Source: Eledone cirrhosa (taxonomy: Eukaryota). From it: a stretch of DNA of 64,000 nucleotides. The notes under the pieces were generated by a model that saw only the letters and a list, made by a program, of their open reading frames with translations, was not told the DNA's origin and did not search any database. The translations under genes were made by a program, and so were the position numbers. How positions within the stretch are numbered: the first letter of the stretch is position 1; each line of letters begins with the position of its first letter. Below, one piece after another: positions 38,990-52,739 of this stretch. The stretch spans positions 31,000,001 through 31,064,000 of the forward strand of contig OZ024754.1 of NCBI GenBank assembly GCA_964016885.1, given 5' to 3'.

Positions 38990-39263
38990 AAATCTAAAGT
39001 CTGTCTTTAAGCCAGAAGACTCATTTGGCTGGTGCTTATCCCAGTTTCATGGCGTGAAGCGACTGAGAGTACAAGACTGCCAGGACGCCAGTCCATCGCA
39101 GGGTTAAACCTCCAGCTATTGCTGGTACTGATTTTCACCTGAGTATACTGGAGCAACGTGAAATGAAGTGTTTTGCTCAAGAACACAACACGCAACCCAG
39201 GAATCGAACCCACGACATTATGATAGGCAGTTCAACACCCTTACCACCAGGCCACGTCCCTCC
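38990..39263 (-). mobile_element. SINE family B
   Basis: Homologous to 3548-3830; B box GGTTCGATTCC on the minus strand. Confidence 0.85.
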
Positions 39264-39267
39264 ACAT

Positions 39268-39305
<38 letters not shown>

Positions 39306-39555
39306 GTGAAGTATAACAGCTCACAGGATCCTCAGTCAGCAAATGCGAACACATATGTATATATATGTATATATATATATGTATATGTATATATATATGT
39401 ATATGTATATATATGTATATATATATATATATGTATATATATATGTGTGTATATGTATATGTATATATGTATATATATATATATATTTATGTATATACAT
39501 ATATGTATATATATGTATATGTATATATATATGTATATGTATATATATATGTATA

Positions 39556-39636
<81 letters not shown>

Positions 39637-39645
39637 GTATATAGT

Positions 39646-39678
<33 letters not shown>

Positions 39679-39698
39679 AATATATATATGTGTGTGTG

Positions 39699-39774
<76 letters not shown>

Positions 39775-39892
39775 CACATAGTATTGACAGTCACTAGAAT
39801 GATGTATTGAGTACTTTGATAGAGAGTAAAATATTCTTTATTACAACAGGAGAAAGTCCAGAATAACAAAACACAAGCTTGGCTATGATAGA

Positions 39893-39938
<46 letters not shown>

Positions 39939-39942
<4 letters not shown>

Positions 39943-40343
39943 TGGCTGCCAACTCGTTTTCGAGTACGGCCACTACTTTATATCCATGTAGGAGAACCCC
40001 TACCGATGCGCTGAACGAATGTGACTTTAGTCCAGCCAGCGACTTGAAAACTCTGGTACAAAGACTACACTTGTGACCATTATTGACACATAGTGCAGGG
40101 CCCATGGTACCATGTGATGACAAGTGCAGAGAGATCTCCAGATATAAAGCAATGCCTGTGCTGTGAAGCTTTTATAGTGAGCAAAGGCACTGCACAAAGC
40201 CAGTCCCACTCTCTTAACCAAGATGATATTTACCAAAAAGAAGAACAGGTCAACATCATTGGATACCATCAGGGTTGCAGGTGTTATATCAGAGTTTTCC
40301 TTCTCCTAGAATTCTGCCTTGACAAAGGCTAAGGGGTCATCTC
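39939..40343 (-). mobile_element. RTE/BovB-like LINE 3' end with a C2H2-like motif (copy 1)
   Basis: HKCSLCTRVFKSLAGLKSH; near-identical to 41247-41653. Confidence 0.6.
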
Positions 40344-40349
40344 TCCCGG

Positions 40350-41027
40350 TATATACATACATGTACACATACATACACATATACACACATGCACATATAC
40401 ACACATATACATACATACATACATATATACATACATACATACATATACATACATACATATACACATACATACATACATATATACATACATACATATACAT
40501 ATACATACATACACATATACACATACATACACATATATACATACATATATACATATACATACATACACATACATACATATATACATACATACATATACAC
40601 ATACATACATACACATATACATACATATACACATACATACATATACACATACATACATATACATATACATACATATACACATACATACATACACATACAT
40701 ACATATATATACATACATACATACATACACATACATACATACATATACATATATATACATACATACACACATATACACATATACATATACATACATACAT
40801 ATACATACATACACATACATACATATACACATACATACATATATACATATACATACATATACATATACACACATACATATATATACATACACACATATAT
40901 ACATACATATATATACACATACATACATATACATACATACATACACATACATACATATACATACATACATACACATACATACATACACATACATACACAC
41001 ATATACATACATATACATACACATACA

Positions 41028-41059
<32 letters not shown>

Positions 41060-41246
41060 CATACATACATATATACATACATACATACATATATATACAT
41101 ACATACATATACATATACATACATACATACATATATACATATACATACATACACACATATACATACATACATACATATACATACATACACACACATAGAT
41201 ACATATACACATATATACATACATACATACATATACATACATACAT
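40350..41246. repeat. (TACA)n-type compound microsatellite
   Basis: Seen directly in the sequence. Confidence 0.97.
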
Positions 41247-41653
41247 ATGGTGGCTGCCAACTCGTTTTCGAGTACGGCCACTACTTTATATCCATGTAGG
41301 AGAACCCCTACCGATGCGCTGAACGAGTGTGACTTTTTAGTCCAGCCAGCGACTTGAAAACTCTGGTACAAACACTACACTTGTGACAATTACTGACACA
41401 TAGTGCTGGGCCCATGGTACCATGTGACGACAAGTGCAGAGAGATCTCCAGATATAAAGTAATGCCTGTGCCGTGAAGCTTTTATAGTGAGCAAAGGCAC
41501 TGCACAAAGCCAGTCCCACTCTCTTAACCAAGATGATATTTACCAAAAAGAAGAACAAGTCAACATCATTGGATACCATCAGGGTTGCAGGTGTTATATC
41601 AGAGTTTTCCTTCTCCTAGAATTCTGCCTTGACAAATGCTAAGGGGTCATCTC
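41247..41653 (-). mobile_element. Copy 2 of the 39939-40343 LINE fragment
   Basis: Same ends, few substitutions. Confidence 0.6.
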
Positions 41654-42229
41654 ACACATATATATATACACACATATATATTATTCCATTTAGTAACAGT
41701 ATTATACACACACAAATAAACACATATACACATAGTTATACAACATATATATACAAACACACACGCAAACATACATACACATACAAACATGCATACACAG
41801 AAACAAACATACACACTCATACAAATATACATAGACACACAAACACACACACACACAGAAACAAACATATACAAACATACACACATACAAACAAACATAC
41901 ACACACAAAAACACACAGAAACAAACACACACGCAGAAACAAACACATACAAACATACACACACACACAGAAACAAACACACACATACAAACACACACAA
42001 ACACAAACACACATACACACACAAACATACACACACAAACACAAACCCACACACATGTGTACTGTATTCATAAAACCATACATACACCCCCCCCCCCGTC
42101 TCGTTTTAAATCTTCTATAAATCTAAGATTTAATGTCTCCCAGCTTAAAACAATACGTGTACATGTGTGTATATATATATATGTGCATGTGTGTATATAT
42201 ATGTGCATGTGTGTATATATGTGTGTAAG

Positions 42230-42772
42230 ATTGGGAATACGGAAGATGATGTAGTTGAGAGGAAGAGCAAAGCCTGGGCGGCGTGCCACAGCTTGAGATC
42301 GGTTTGGAAGTCGGACCTTCGTGTAGACCTGAAGATTCACCTCTTCATTGCTGTAGTGGAGTCTGAGCTGCTGTGCGGGTCTGAGACTTGGACACTGACC
42401 AAGAGACTCACTCAGATGGTGGATGGGTGCTACACGAGAATGCTGAGGATGGCTCTGAACATTAATCAGTATACACTGAGGATGAAAAACTCAGAGCTGT
42501 ATGGGAGCCTCCCAAAAGTCAGCTCAAAAGTAACACAGAGGAGACAGAGGTTAGTTAGACATGCTCACCGACATCCAGAGTTGGCATTGCCCTCAGTGCT
42601 CCTGTGGGAGCCCCTACATGGACACACTAGAAGAGGAAGACCAAGGTTAACGTATGTTGATGCCCTAAGGACAGACACTGGTCTGTTGGAGACGCAGGAC
42701 ATGGCAGCGATAATGAGGGACAGAGACCGCTGGAGAGAACTCGTCCATGGATCTCGGGAATTTTACCCGCCC
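42230..42772 (+). mobile_element. LINE (RTE-like) post-RT C-terminal fragment with an open frame
   Basis: RKSKAWAAC..LKIHLFIAVVESELLCGSETWTLT..DGCYTRMLR..LLWEPLHGHTRRGRPRLTYVD..DRDRWR. Confidence 0.9.
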
Positions 42773-43671
42773 TAGATATATGTGCATGTGTGTATATATG
42801 TGTGCTTGTGTGTACATGTGTGTATGAATGTGAATGTATGTAAAATGTCTATGTATCTGTATGTACATGTTTATGTGTGTGTGTACATCTCTGTATATTT
42901 GTATACATGTGGGCGTAAGTGTGTGTATATACATATATGTATGTGTGTGTACGTATCTGTTTATGTGTATACATGTGAGTGTAGATGTCTATATATATGT
43001 GTGTGTATGTACATGGGTGTGTGTGTTTATATATCTGTATATGTGTATACAGGTGAATGTAAGTGTATATATATACACATATATTTATGTATATACAAAC
43101 ATATATATATATATATACAAACATATATATATATACACATATATATATATATATACATATATATATACAGACACATATATATATGCACATATATATATAT
43201 ACACATATATATATACAGACATATATATATACAGACATATATATATATATATACACATATATATATATACACATATATATATGTGTGTGTGTGTATGTAT
43301 ATATGTATGTGTGTGTCTACATATGTCTCAACTAAAATATGTGTGTACATGTGTGGCTGTGTGAGTAGGTACATGTGTGGGTGTGTATGCATGTTTGAAT
43401 ATGTCTTATATATCTACCTTCAATCGATCTTTTGTTAATGAGAACAATAGTTAGTTTCTAATTATGAGACAAAGTTAAGTCTTTGTTTCTATACCTAACA
43501 ATAACTTTAGTGAAGTCTTCAGATTTTCAGGTGAGGGAGGAAGGTGTGACATAGTTTCACTGTTAGATGGAGTTTCTGTGGGAATTCTATACAGCTGTTT
43601 CAGTTGGATTAACCCGTCCATGGCCATATTTCCAAAATATATCATCTACTAATATAATCATCATTGTTTAA

Positions 43672-43884
43672 CCCTTTAGCATTTAAACCGGCTGTATCTG
43701 GACAGAATTCTCTCACCCCTTTCTGTTCAAACTAACTTGGGGCTCATACTGGTGTTAAGGCATTGTTCTCAAAATAAATAATATCAAAATCTCATAGATT
43801 CGACATTATGAGATAATTATGTGAGGTAAAGTGTTTACTGTGAAAATATAATAGTAAATATAGAGTAATGTAAATGCTAAAGGG
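43672..43884. mobile_element. piggyBac-type MITE inserted in the TTAA of a SINE/RTE tail
   Basis: TTAA|CCCTTTAGCATTTA ... TAAATGCTAAAGGG|TTGA. Confidence 0.75.
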
Positions 43885-44693
43885 TTGACATCTATTTTCC
43901 ATACTTACCAAGAGTTAGATAGTCTGTTATGTCTTGAAGCTGACTAGTAAGGTGACCACATCTTGCTCATATGCTCCAGTTTGGGCTTCAATTTTTCAGC
44001 TGAATGCCTTTCCTGATGCCAAATACTTCACAGTGTGTACTGGGAGCATTTTATCATGACTACTCTACAAAGTCAACCATACAAGGTCAACTGAGTGCTT
44101 TTTATCATGGCATCAACATTGCTGTTAAGAGCGGACTACACGCTAGTTCTATAACATAATGAAGCATTTTGAAGTATTCATTAAAATTATTAATTATTTC
44201 CTTACTAAGATAGTAATTTAACATATGGCTCTTATATAAAATTATGTTGGAAGATTTTTATTTAAATAGGAACTATTCCAAAATGAGAGATCAGAACTCT
44301 GATACTATGGGCATGTAGTTAGAATATCTCAGGAAAGAATCACTTCATAGATTTTATGGGCAAAACCAACTGGCAGCAAATCCAGAGGTAGATCCCGAGC
44401 AAGATGGTTGGGTAACATCCATGAGCTTGTACTTTGGCTAGGCGTCTACAGCTGGATACTCTTCCTAATGTAAACCACATTTACAGTGTGGAGTGAGCAT
44501 TTGTTGGCATGATACCAACATGACCACTTTATAGTGTGGACTAGCCATATTTTGTTGGTGAACTAGGTGTTTTTTTTATTGGTGGACTGGGCGCTTTTTG
44601 TCATGGCTCAAAAACGACCACTTTAGTTTGGAAATGTGTGTGTCCCAATGCAAATGACTATATTAATAGTCAATCGCTATAAATAATACTTAC

Positions 44694-44743
44694 AAAAATC
44701 CAGTAGAGTATACATGGAGAGGGAAAATAGTGAACAGAGGGGC
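44694..44743 (-). other. Candidate 50-nt internal exon
   Basis: ATTCATCACAG| ... |GTAAGT; open in all three frames. Confidence 0.25.
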
Positions 44744-44989
44744 CTGTGATGAATCAACCCTGTGTCAGCCTGTGTTTAGCCAGGATTAATATATATTGAA
44801 TAGAATTTATTGTCATTCTAGCTTGAAATCTTGTCATTAACATCATCATCATCATTTAATGAGGCTTATATAACATATATAACATTTTCATATCATGTTC
44901 AGCTGTTAGCCACTCAATGCTAGCACCACAACAACATTTACTACTGCTACTACCAACACCACCAACGCCACCACCACCACCACCACTAT

Positions 44990-45040
<51 letters not shown>

Positions 45041-45060
45041 TTCCACCACCACCACTACTA

Positions 45061-45092
<32 letters not shown>

Positions 45093-45384
45093 ACACAAAC
45101 ACCACTACTACTACTACCACCACCACTTCCACCACCATCACCACTACTATACTACTACTACTACTACTGTCAACTGTGACATGGAACCCTCTCATGTCCA
45201 CAGCTGTCAAAGTCACTTGTAAGGAAGGTTTACATATAATATATAATTATAACTTTTACTAATTCTAACTAATGTTGTTGTCAGTGGAATAATGTGTATT
45301 GGAAAGGTATGATGTATGCACACACATACATATATATATGTATATTTGTAACATACATAGACAAATGTGTATTCGTGTGTGTAT

Positions 45385-45680
45385 ATCATCATCATCATCA
45401 TCATCATTTTACGTCCGCTTTTCCCTGCTTGCAAGGGTGGGACGGGAACTGATTCTGGCTTGATTTCTACAGCTGGATGCCCTTCCTAACACCAACCTCA
45501 TTTACAGTGTGGGCTGGGTGCTTTTTTGCCGTGACACCTCCACGACCACTTTACAGTGGAATGATAGGGACCTCAGTCCCTATCATCTCATTTCTACAGC
45601 TGAGTAAACTGGAGCAATGTGAAATAAAGTGTCTTGCTCAAGGAAACAACACATCACCCGGTCTGAGAATTGAACTCACA
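45385..45680 (-). mobile_element. SINE family A, head truncated
   Basis: Homologous to 21832-22183. Confidence 0.85.
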
Positions 45681-45699
45681 ATATATATATATATATATC

Positions 45700-45948
45700 A
45701 CATAAGAAACGGAGAATCAGTGGTGCAACGAATAAGATTTATTAGACATATTACAATCGTTTCTCTGGCAACCAGCTCAAACTTGGAAACTCTGCTTCGT
45801 AGAATCGAAACATATCTGAGGATCTTGCGATTTCAGAGTCAGGTTCGATCATTACATCGATCGTGCCTCGAGCTGGTCGCCAGAGAAACGATTGTAATAT
45901 GTCTAATAAATCTTATTCGTCGCACCACTGATTCTCCGTTTCTTATGT
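45700..45948. mobile_element. Family X fold-back, about 79-bp arms
   Basis: 45700-45778 is the reverse complement of 45870-45948; each arm has GAGCTGG..CCAGAGAAACGATTGTA...AATAAA. Confidence 0.75.
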
Positions 45949-46026
45949 AATATTATACTCTGCTCTGTAAGAGCACCGAGTGCTCAAACAGCTTACCGCT
46001 TATGGACGCTTTAAGCATCCCACACC

Positions 46027-46082
<56 letters not shown>

Positions 46083-46084
<2 letters not shown>

Positions 46085-46271
46085 CGAAGGAAATGTGGTA
46101 AGGAACCAGGTGGACCATAACGCACCAAAGTACTCAATACTTAGGGTAGTAGAGTGGGTAATAGGAACAAGTAAGACCCCGACGGCTGAGCTCAAGCCGT
46201 TTCGACGGCTAATCCAGAATTAGCCGTCGAAACGGCTTGAGCTCAGCCGTCGGGGTCTTACTTGTTCCTAT
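46083..46271. mobile_element. Family P element with a perfect 53-bp-arm hairpin (46161-46271)
   Basis: Arms 46161-46213 and 46219-46271; flanked by (TA)n. Confidence 0.8.
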
Positions 46272-46294
46272 ATATATATATATATATATATATT

Positions 46295-47430
46295 TAGGAA
46301 GAGATAGAGAAGGGCACAGGAAAAACTCTCATGAAAACTATTTATAACTTTTGGCCTCCTGTGACCGTTCAGGACAATATCAATGACCTCATATTCATGC
46401 AAGATTGGGTGCCTCCTCATTTTACATTCACTATCCATGGGTGGCTTGGTGCCCAATTTTCAGGACATTGGCTGTGTCATCGAGGTTCACATGAATGACC
46501 AGCAAGAAGCCCTTTCTTAATATGCTACTAAACGAGGATACATTTGAATTAATACACTTTAGAAAAGAGGATGCATTGAAGTTACCATATTCTCTTCCCT
46601 CTGGTGAAACCCTCGTGGCATCCAACAACACCAGAGATCTTGGAGTAATTGTTGACAACAACTTAAGTTAGAGTACTCACATAAACAACAAAGTTCACTT
46701 GGCCCACAAGATGTGTTTCTGGATTCTCAGAACTTTCTGGTCTAGAGAAATTCACACCATCATCCTACTTTACTCTACCTTTGCCCAGTGCCACCTTGAA
46801 TGTTGTTGTTCACTGTGGTCTCCTCACATGAAACAAAGTATGAATATTAAAGCACTCGAGTAGTCTTCTTCTTTGTTCACTCATTCCTGAGAGGGTCATG
46901 GGGTCAGAGTCCTTAAACACTCTTTCTAGCAGGTGCTGTCTGAAGCAACCAACTCCAACAAATCTGGCTGGATCCCCAAACAAGATCAGCCAAGCTCATG
47001 GATGTTGTCCAACCATTTTGCTTGTGGTCTACCCCTGGGTCTCCTGTCGGTTGGTTTTTGCCCATAAAATCTGTCCAGTGATTGTTTCCTAAGACATTCT
47101 AACCATCTGTATGATGTGGAAAATATTCCATCAATATTGCCCAAATGATGTTGGCATCATCTTTAAGATCCACCCTCATACTAACTGCCCACATCAAAAA
47201 TCAAACTCTCACCTCATAGCAATGACACAACACAATTACTTCACCTCAACTGGTCCCATCGTCATTAATATCATACTGAAATACATGAAGACAGAAACAG
47301 ATCTCATAATGTTTAAAAGTTCCCTGGGAAAATTCCTCCAAGAATTCCTGGATAAACCCCCTACACCTAAATATGTCTCAGAAAATAACAACTCTTTACT
47401 AGAGTGGGCCATGCTGTCCAAAACATGACT
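46295..47430 (+). mobile_element. CR1/L2-like LINE RT C-terminal fragment interrupted by a minus-strand RTE fragment (about 46860-47110)
   Basis: RDLGVIVDNNL, HLECCCSLWSPH and FKSSLGKFLQEFLDKP; the insert resembles 6350-6590 inverted. Confidence 0.7.
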
Positions 47431-47552
47431 TTGTTGTGAACTCATAATTTGAAAGACTTCGCCATGTGATGCTATTGAATTAGGCATAGCCTGGGCTAAC
47501 ACTGGCCAAAACCTATCAAAATCAGAGTTTTATATATATATATATATGTATA

Positions 47553-48310
47553 TCATCATCATCATCATTTAACGTCCATTTTCCATGCTAGCATAGTTAG
47601 GTTTCTACCACTGTATGCCTTTCCTAATGCCAACCACATTTACAATGTGGACTGGGAGCTTTTTATTGTGACACCAGAATTACCACTTTACAGTGTGTAC
47701 TGGGAGCTTTTTATCATGGCACCAAAATTACTACTTTACAGTGTGTACTGGGTACTTTTTATCGTAGCACCAAAATTACCACTTTACAGTGTGTACTGGG
47801 TACTTTTTATCGTAGCACCAAAATTACCACTTTACAGTGTGTACTGGGTACTTTTTATCGTAGCACCAAAATTACCACTTTACAGTGTGGACTGGGTACT
47901 TTTTATCGTAGCACCAAAATTGCCACTTTACAGTGTGGACTGGGTACTTTTTATTGTGACGCCAAAATTACCACTTTACAATGTGTACTGGGAGCTTTTT
48001 ATCATTGCACCAAATTACCACTGTACAGTGTGGACTGGGTTCTTTTTATCATGGCACCAAAATTACTACTTTATAGTATGTACTGAGTACTTTTTATCAT
48101 AGCACCAAAATGACCACTGTACAGTATGTACTGAGTACTTTTTATCAAGGCACCAAAATTACCACTTTACCAGATGTACAGGGTACTTTTTATCGTAGCA
48201 GCAAGACGACCACTTTACCAGATGTACTAGGTACTTTTTATCGTGGCAGCAAGACGACCACTTTACAGAGTGTACTTGGTACGTTTTATTGTGGCACCAA
48301 AACGACCATA
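47553..48310 (-). repeat. RTE/SINE tail with a 48-bp minisatellite (about 14 copies)
   Basis: CCACTTTACAGTGTGTACTGGGTACTTTTTATCGTAGCACCAAAATTA repeated. Confidence 0.9.
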
Positions 48311-48374
48311 TATATATATATATCAGCAGAAAATGCAGACAAACAATTACATAAGATAAATGACTTTGGAAGCA

Positions 48375-49455
48375 ATGATAGTGGTAATAGTACTAGTGGT
48401 AGTAATAGTAGTGGTAGTAGTAGTGGTAGTGGTGGCAGTGGTCGTAATAGTAGTGGTAGTGGTAGTAGTGGTAGTGGTGGCAGTGGTAGTGGTGGCAGTG
48501 TTGGTAGTGGCAGTGGAAGTAGTGGTAGTGGTGGTAGAGGGGGTAGTGGTGGTAATAGTAGTAGTAGTAGTAGTGGTAGTGGTGGTAGTGGTGGCAGTGT
48601 TGGTAGTGGCAGTGGAAGTAGTGGTAGTGGTGGTAGAGGGGGTAGTGGTGGTAATAGTAGTAGTAGTAGTAGTGGTAGTGGTGGTAGTGGTGGCAGTAGT
48701 GGTAGTGGTGGTAGTGGTAGTGGTGGTAATAGTGGTGGTAGTGGTAGTGGTGGCAGTGGTGGTAGTGGTAGTGGTGGTAATAGTAGTGGTAGTAGTGGCA
48801 ATAGTAGTGGTGGCAGTGGTAGTAGTGGTAGTGGTGGCAGTGTTGGTAGTGGCAGTGGAAGTAGTGGTAGTGGTGGTAGAGGGGGTAGTGGTGGTAATAG
48901 TAGTAGTAGTAGTAGTGGTAGTGGTGGTAGTGGTGGCAGTGGTGGTAATAGTAGTGGTAGTGGTGGTAGTGGAAGTGGTGGTAATAGTGGTGGTAGTGGT
49001 AGTGGTGGCAGTGGTGGTAGTGGTAGTGGTGGTAATAGTAGTGGTAGTGGTGGCAATAGTAGTGGTGGCAGTGGTAGTAGTGTTAGTGGTGGCAGTGGTG
49101 GTAATAGTAGTGGTAGTGATGGTAGTGGAAGTGGTGGTAGTGGTAGTGGTGGTAGTGGTGGCAGTGGTGGTAGTGGTAGTGGTGGTAATAGTGGTGGTAG
49201 TGGTAGTGGTGGCAGTGTGGGTAGTGGTAGTGGTGGTTATAGTAGTGGTAGTGGTGGCAATAGTAGTGGTGGCAGTGGTAGTAGTGTTAGTGGTGGCAGT
49301 GGTGGTAATAGTAGTGGTAGTGATGGTAGTGGAAGTGGTGGTAGTAGTGGTGGTAATAGTGGTGGCAGTGGTGGTAGTGGTAGTGGTGGTAATAGTAGTG
49401 GTAGTAGTGGCAATAGTAGTGGTGGCAGTGGTAGTAGTGGTAGTGGTGGCAGTGG
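48375..49455. repeat. (AGT/GGT)n compound microsatellite
   Basis: Explains the Gly/Ser-rich, Val-rich and Pro/Leu-rich ORFs. Confidence 0.95.
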
Positions 49456-49817
49456 TTTATAATAGCGGTGATACTGATAGTCATTATGTTGACGTGCTTT
49501 AATTAGTAAATTAGTTAATTAGTTTGTTGTCTGTTTCACTGTCACACATGGTAAACATTATATCAAGGTGGTTCAATAAGTACTTCTGACACTAAATATT
49601 TCTCAAACATGACATTATAGAGGACATTGTCACACTGTGTGTATGGGTGGGGGTTGTCTGTGTCTGTGTGAGTATGTGAGTGTGTGTGTGTGTGTGTGTG
49701 TCTGTGTGTGCCTTATGTATAGGAATATATTTACATACATAGGAATATATTTACATGTTTGTGCGCACATTCATACATTCACTTATGTACACACATACAC
49801 GCACATATATATATATG

Positions 49818-49861
<44 letters not shown>

Positions 49862-50219
49862 TAAATATATATATTCATATATGTTGGTGTGGGGGTGTAT
49901 GTATATATATATATGTGGGTGTATATATATATATATATATGTGTGAGTGTATATATATGTGTGAGTGTATATATATATGTGGGTGTATATATATATATAT
50001 ATGTGTGTGATTGTATATATATGTGTGAGTGTATATATATATATATATATATTTGAATAAATGAACAGAGAACAAAAAACAGAGAGGCTGTTTCACTGTC
50101 GATCAGCTCAAGGAACAATCTATTAATGAGCAAACCTGACTCTGGAATCAGAAGTTCCTCAGTCGAAATGGCTGGAGCTCAGCTGTCGGGGTCCTGACTC
50201 TTTTCCTATATATATATAT

Positions 50220-50543
50220 GGAGGCAAATGGCTTAGTGGTTAGAGCATTGGGCTTGCAATCGAAAGGTTGTGAGTTCAATTCTCAGACCGGGTGATGTGT
50301 TGTTTCCTTGAGCAAGACATTTTATTTCACATTGCTCCAGTTTACTCAGCTGTAGAAATGAGATGATAGGGACTGGGGTCCCTATCATTCCACTGCAAAG
50401 TGGTCGTGGAGGTGCCACGGCAAAAAAAGCACCCAGCACTCACTGTAAAATGAGGTTGGTGTTAGGAAGGGCATCCAGCTGTAGAAATCAAGCCAGAATC
50501 AGTTCCCGTCCCACCCTTGCAAGCAGGGAAAAGCGGACATAAA

Positions 50544-50574
<31 letters not shown>
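50220..50574 (+). mobile_element. Full-length SINE family A
   Basis: Near-identical to 21832-22183. Confidence 0.9.
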
Positions 50575-51129
50575 GATATATATATATATATAATTGAGAT
50601 GAGCGGAACAAGTAAACATTAAACAATCTTTTAAATAAATTAAAATACGATTTAAATATTCACCTGTCCAAAATGCTGTTACCGACGGTTTCGTTTCACA
50701 AAAGATTGGAAATTCAGAGAATTTCCAACGGAAAGATCAGTTCTTCAGATAGCTATTTCCATTCTATAGGACGTAAAGTCAAACAGTTTGTAAATATATC
50801 GCTTACTGCCCGAAGTATGAGGTCAGGCTATTAAAGTGACCCACACATAAACAGGCCGTTAGTAAAAGCGGGAATATTATAGACGTGTTGTTTGCCACGC
50901 CACTATATATATATTTATATATCCACTGGATATATATATATATATTTACACATATATATTTACACATATATATATTTACACAGGATGCGTAACATAGTTT
51001 AACATAAAATCTTACACACAATGTTGTCTCAGTTTTTCAACTCAAATGTGTGTGTATGTGCATGTATGTGTGTGTTTATCAAACACACATACATATATAT
51101 ATATATATATATGTATGTGATCTATATTA

Positions 51130-51194
51130 TATTTTATCTGATGAAAGCACACCATAATTTAACTTGGTGTCCTTGAAATATGTATAATGAAATA
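51130..51194 (+). ncRNA. Minimal type I hammerhead ribozyme (family H)
   Basis: TATTTTAT-CTGATGA-AAGCACACCATAATTTAACTTGGTGTCCTT-GAAATATGTATA-ATGAAATA. Confidence 0.7.
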
Positions 51195-51235
51195 AATATG
51201 GTTTTATATATATAGTTTCCATTTGTTAATATATC

Positions 51236-51268
<33 letters not shown>

Positions 51269-51271
<3 letters not shown>

Positions 51272-51609
51272 TCATCATCATTTCATTTTACGTCTGCTTT
51301 TCACTGCTTGCAAGGGTGGGACGGGAACTGATTCTGGCTTGATTTCTACAGCTGGATGCCCTTTCCTAACACCAGCCTCATTTACAGTGAGTGCTGGGTG
51401 CTTTTTTGCCGTGGCACCTCCACGACCACTTTGCAGTGGAATAATAGGGACCCCAGTCCCCATCATCTCATTTCTACAGCTGAGTAAACTGGAGCAATGT
51501 GAAATAAAGTGTCTTGCTCAAGGAAACAACACATCACCCGGTCCAAGAATTGAACTCACAACCTTTCGATTGCAAGCCCAATGCTCTAACCACTAAGCCA
51601 TGTGCCTCC
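51269..51609 (-). mobile_element. Full-length SINE family A
   Basis: Reverse complement of 50220-50574. Confidence 0.9.
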
Positions 51610-51789
51610 ATATATATTATAATAAAATAACAGGAGGCTGGACTTGTGTAAATCCTTGAAATATTATTACATCAAGATTGACCATACAGAATGACCAACT
51701 CTATCCAGTGGTGAACCTTCAAACCTAAATAAATATATATATATATATGTGTGTGTGTGTATGTGTTTTATGTGTATGCATATATCCGT

Positions 51790-51893
51790 GTATCTCTCTG
51801 TTCTTATCCCATACCCACACACATATATATATATATGTGTAAGTGTGTGTGTTTGTGTGTGTTCAGCTCTCTATTCTTGTCCCATACCCACAC

Positions 51894-51932
<39 letters not shown>

Positions 51933-52555
51933 TGTGTATGAGCATGTATGTGTGTGTTTATCTCTCTATTCTCGTCGCATACCCACACATATATATGTGT
52001 GTGTGTGTATGTGCATGTATGTGTATGTGTGTGTTCAGCTCTCTATTCTTGTCCCATACCCACACACATATATGTGTGTGTGTATGTGCATGTATGTGTG
52101 TGTTTATCTCTCTATTCTCGTCGCATACCCACACATATATGTGTGTGTGTGTATGTGCATGTATGTGTATGTGTGTGTTCAGCTCTCTATTCTTGTCCCA
52201 TACTCACACATATGTGTGTGTGTGTGTGTATGAGCATGTATGTGTGTGTTTATCTCTCTATTCTCGTCGCATACCCACACACATATATATGTGTGTGCGT
52301 ATGTGCATGTATGTGTGTGTTTATCTCTCTATTCTCGTCATATACCTACACACACATATATGTGTGTGTGTATGTGCATGTATGTGTGCGTTTATCTCTC
52401 TATTCATGTCCCATACCCACACACATATATGTGTGTGTGTATGTGCATGTATATGTGCGTTTATCTCTCTATTCATGTCCCATACCCACACACATATATG
52501 TGTGTGTATGTGCATGTATGTGTGTGTTTATCTCTCTATTCATGTCCCATACTCA
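51790..52555. repeat. Core plus variable (TG)n array (CTCTCTATTC...CATACCCACAC)
   Basis: About 13 cores of 2-3 variants. Confidence 0.9.
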
Positions 52556-52739
52556 CACAGCTGTTTCAAAGCCCTTCATCATATGTTTATTAAAGATCAC
52601 TACTTTCTGTCACCATAAAAACTATTAACCCTTTTGACTCTAAACACCCTGAAACCACCCCACCCTCTACAATACAAAGCTGTTTATTCTAAATTGTTTA
52701 TATTTATCTAAAACCTTTTATGTAGTAAGAACAGCATTG

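Noticed and set aside
42167-42775. 202-aa ORF as a host gene
   Set aside because: It is a 5'-truncated LINE C-terminus whose start lies in a microsatellite
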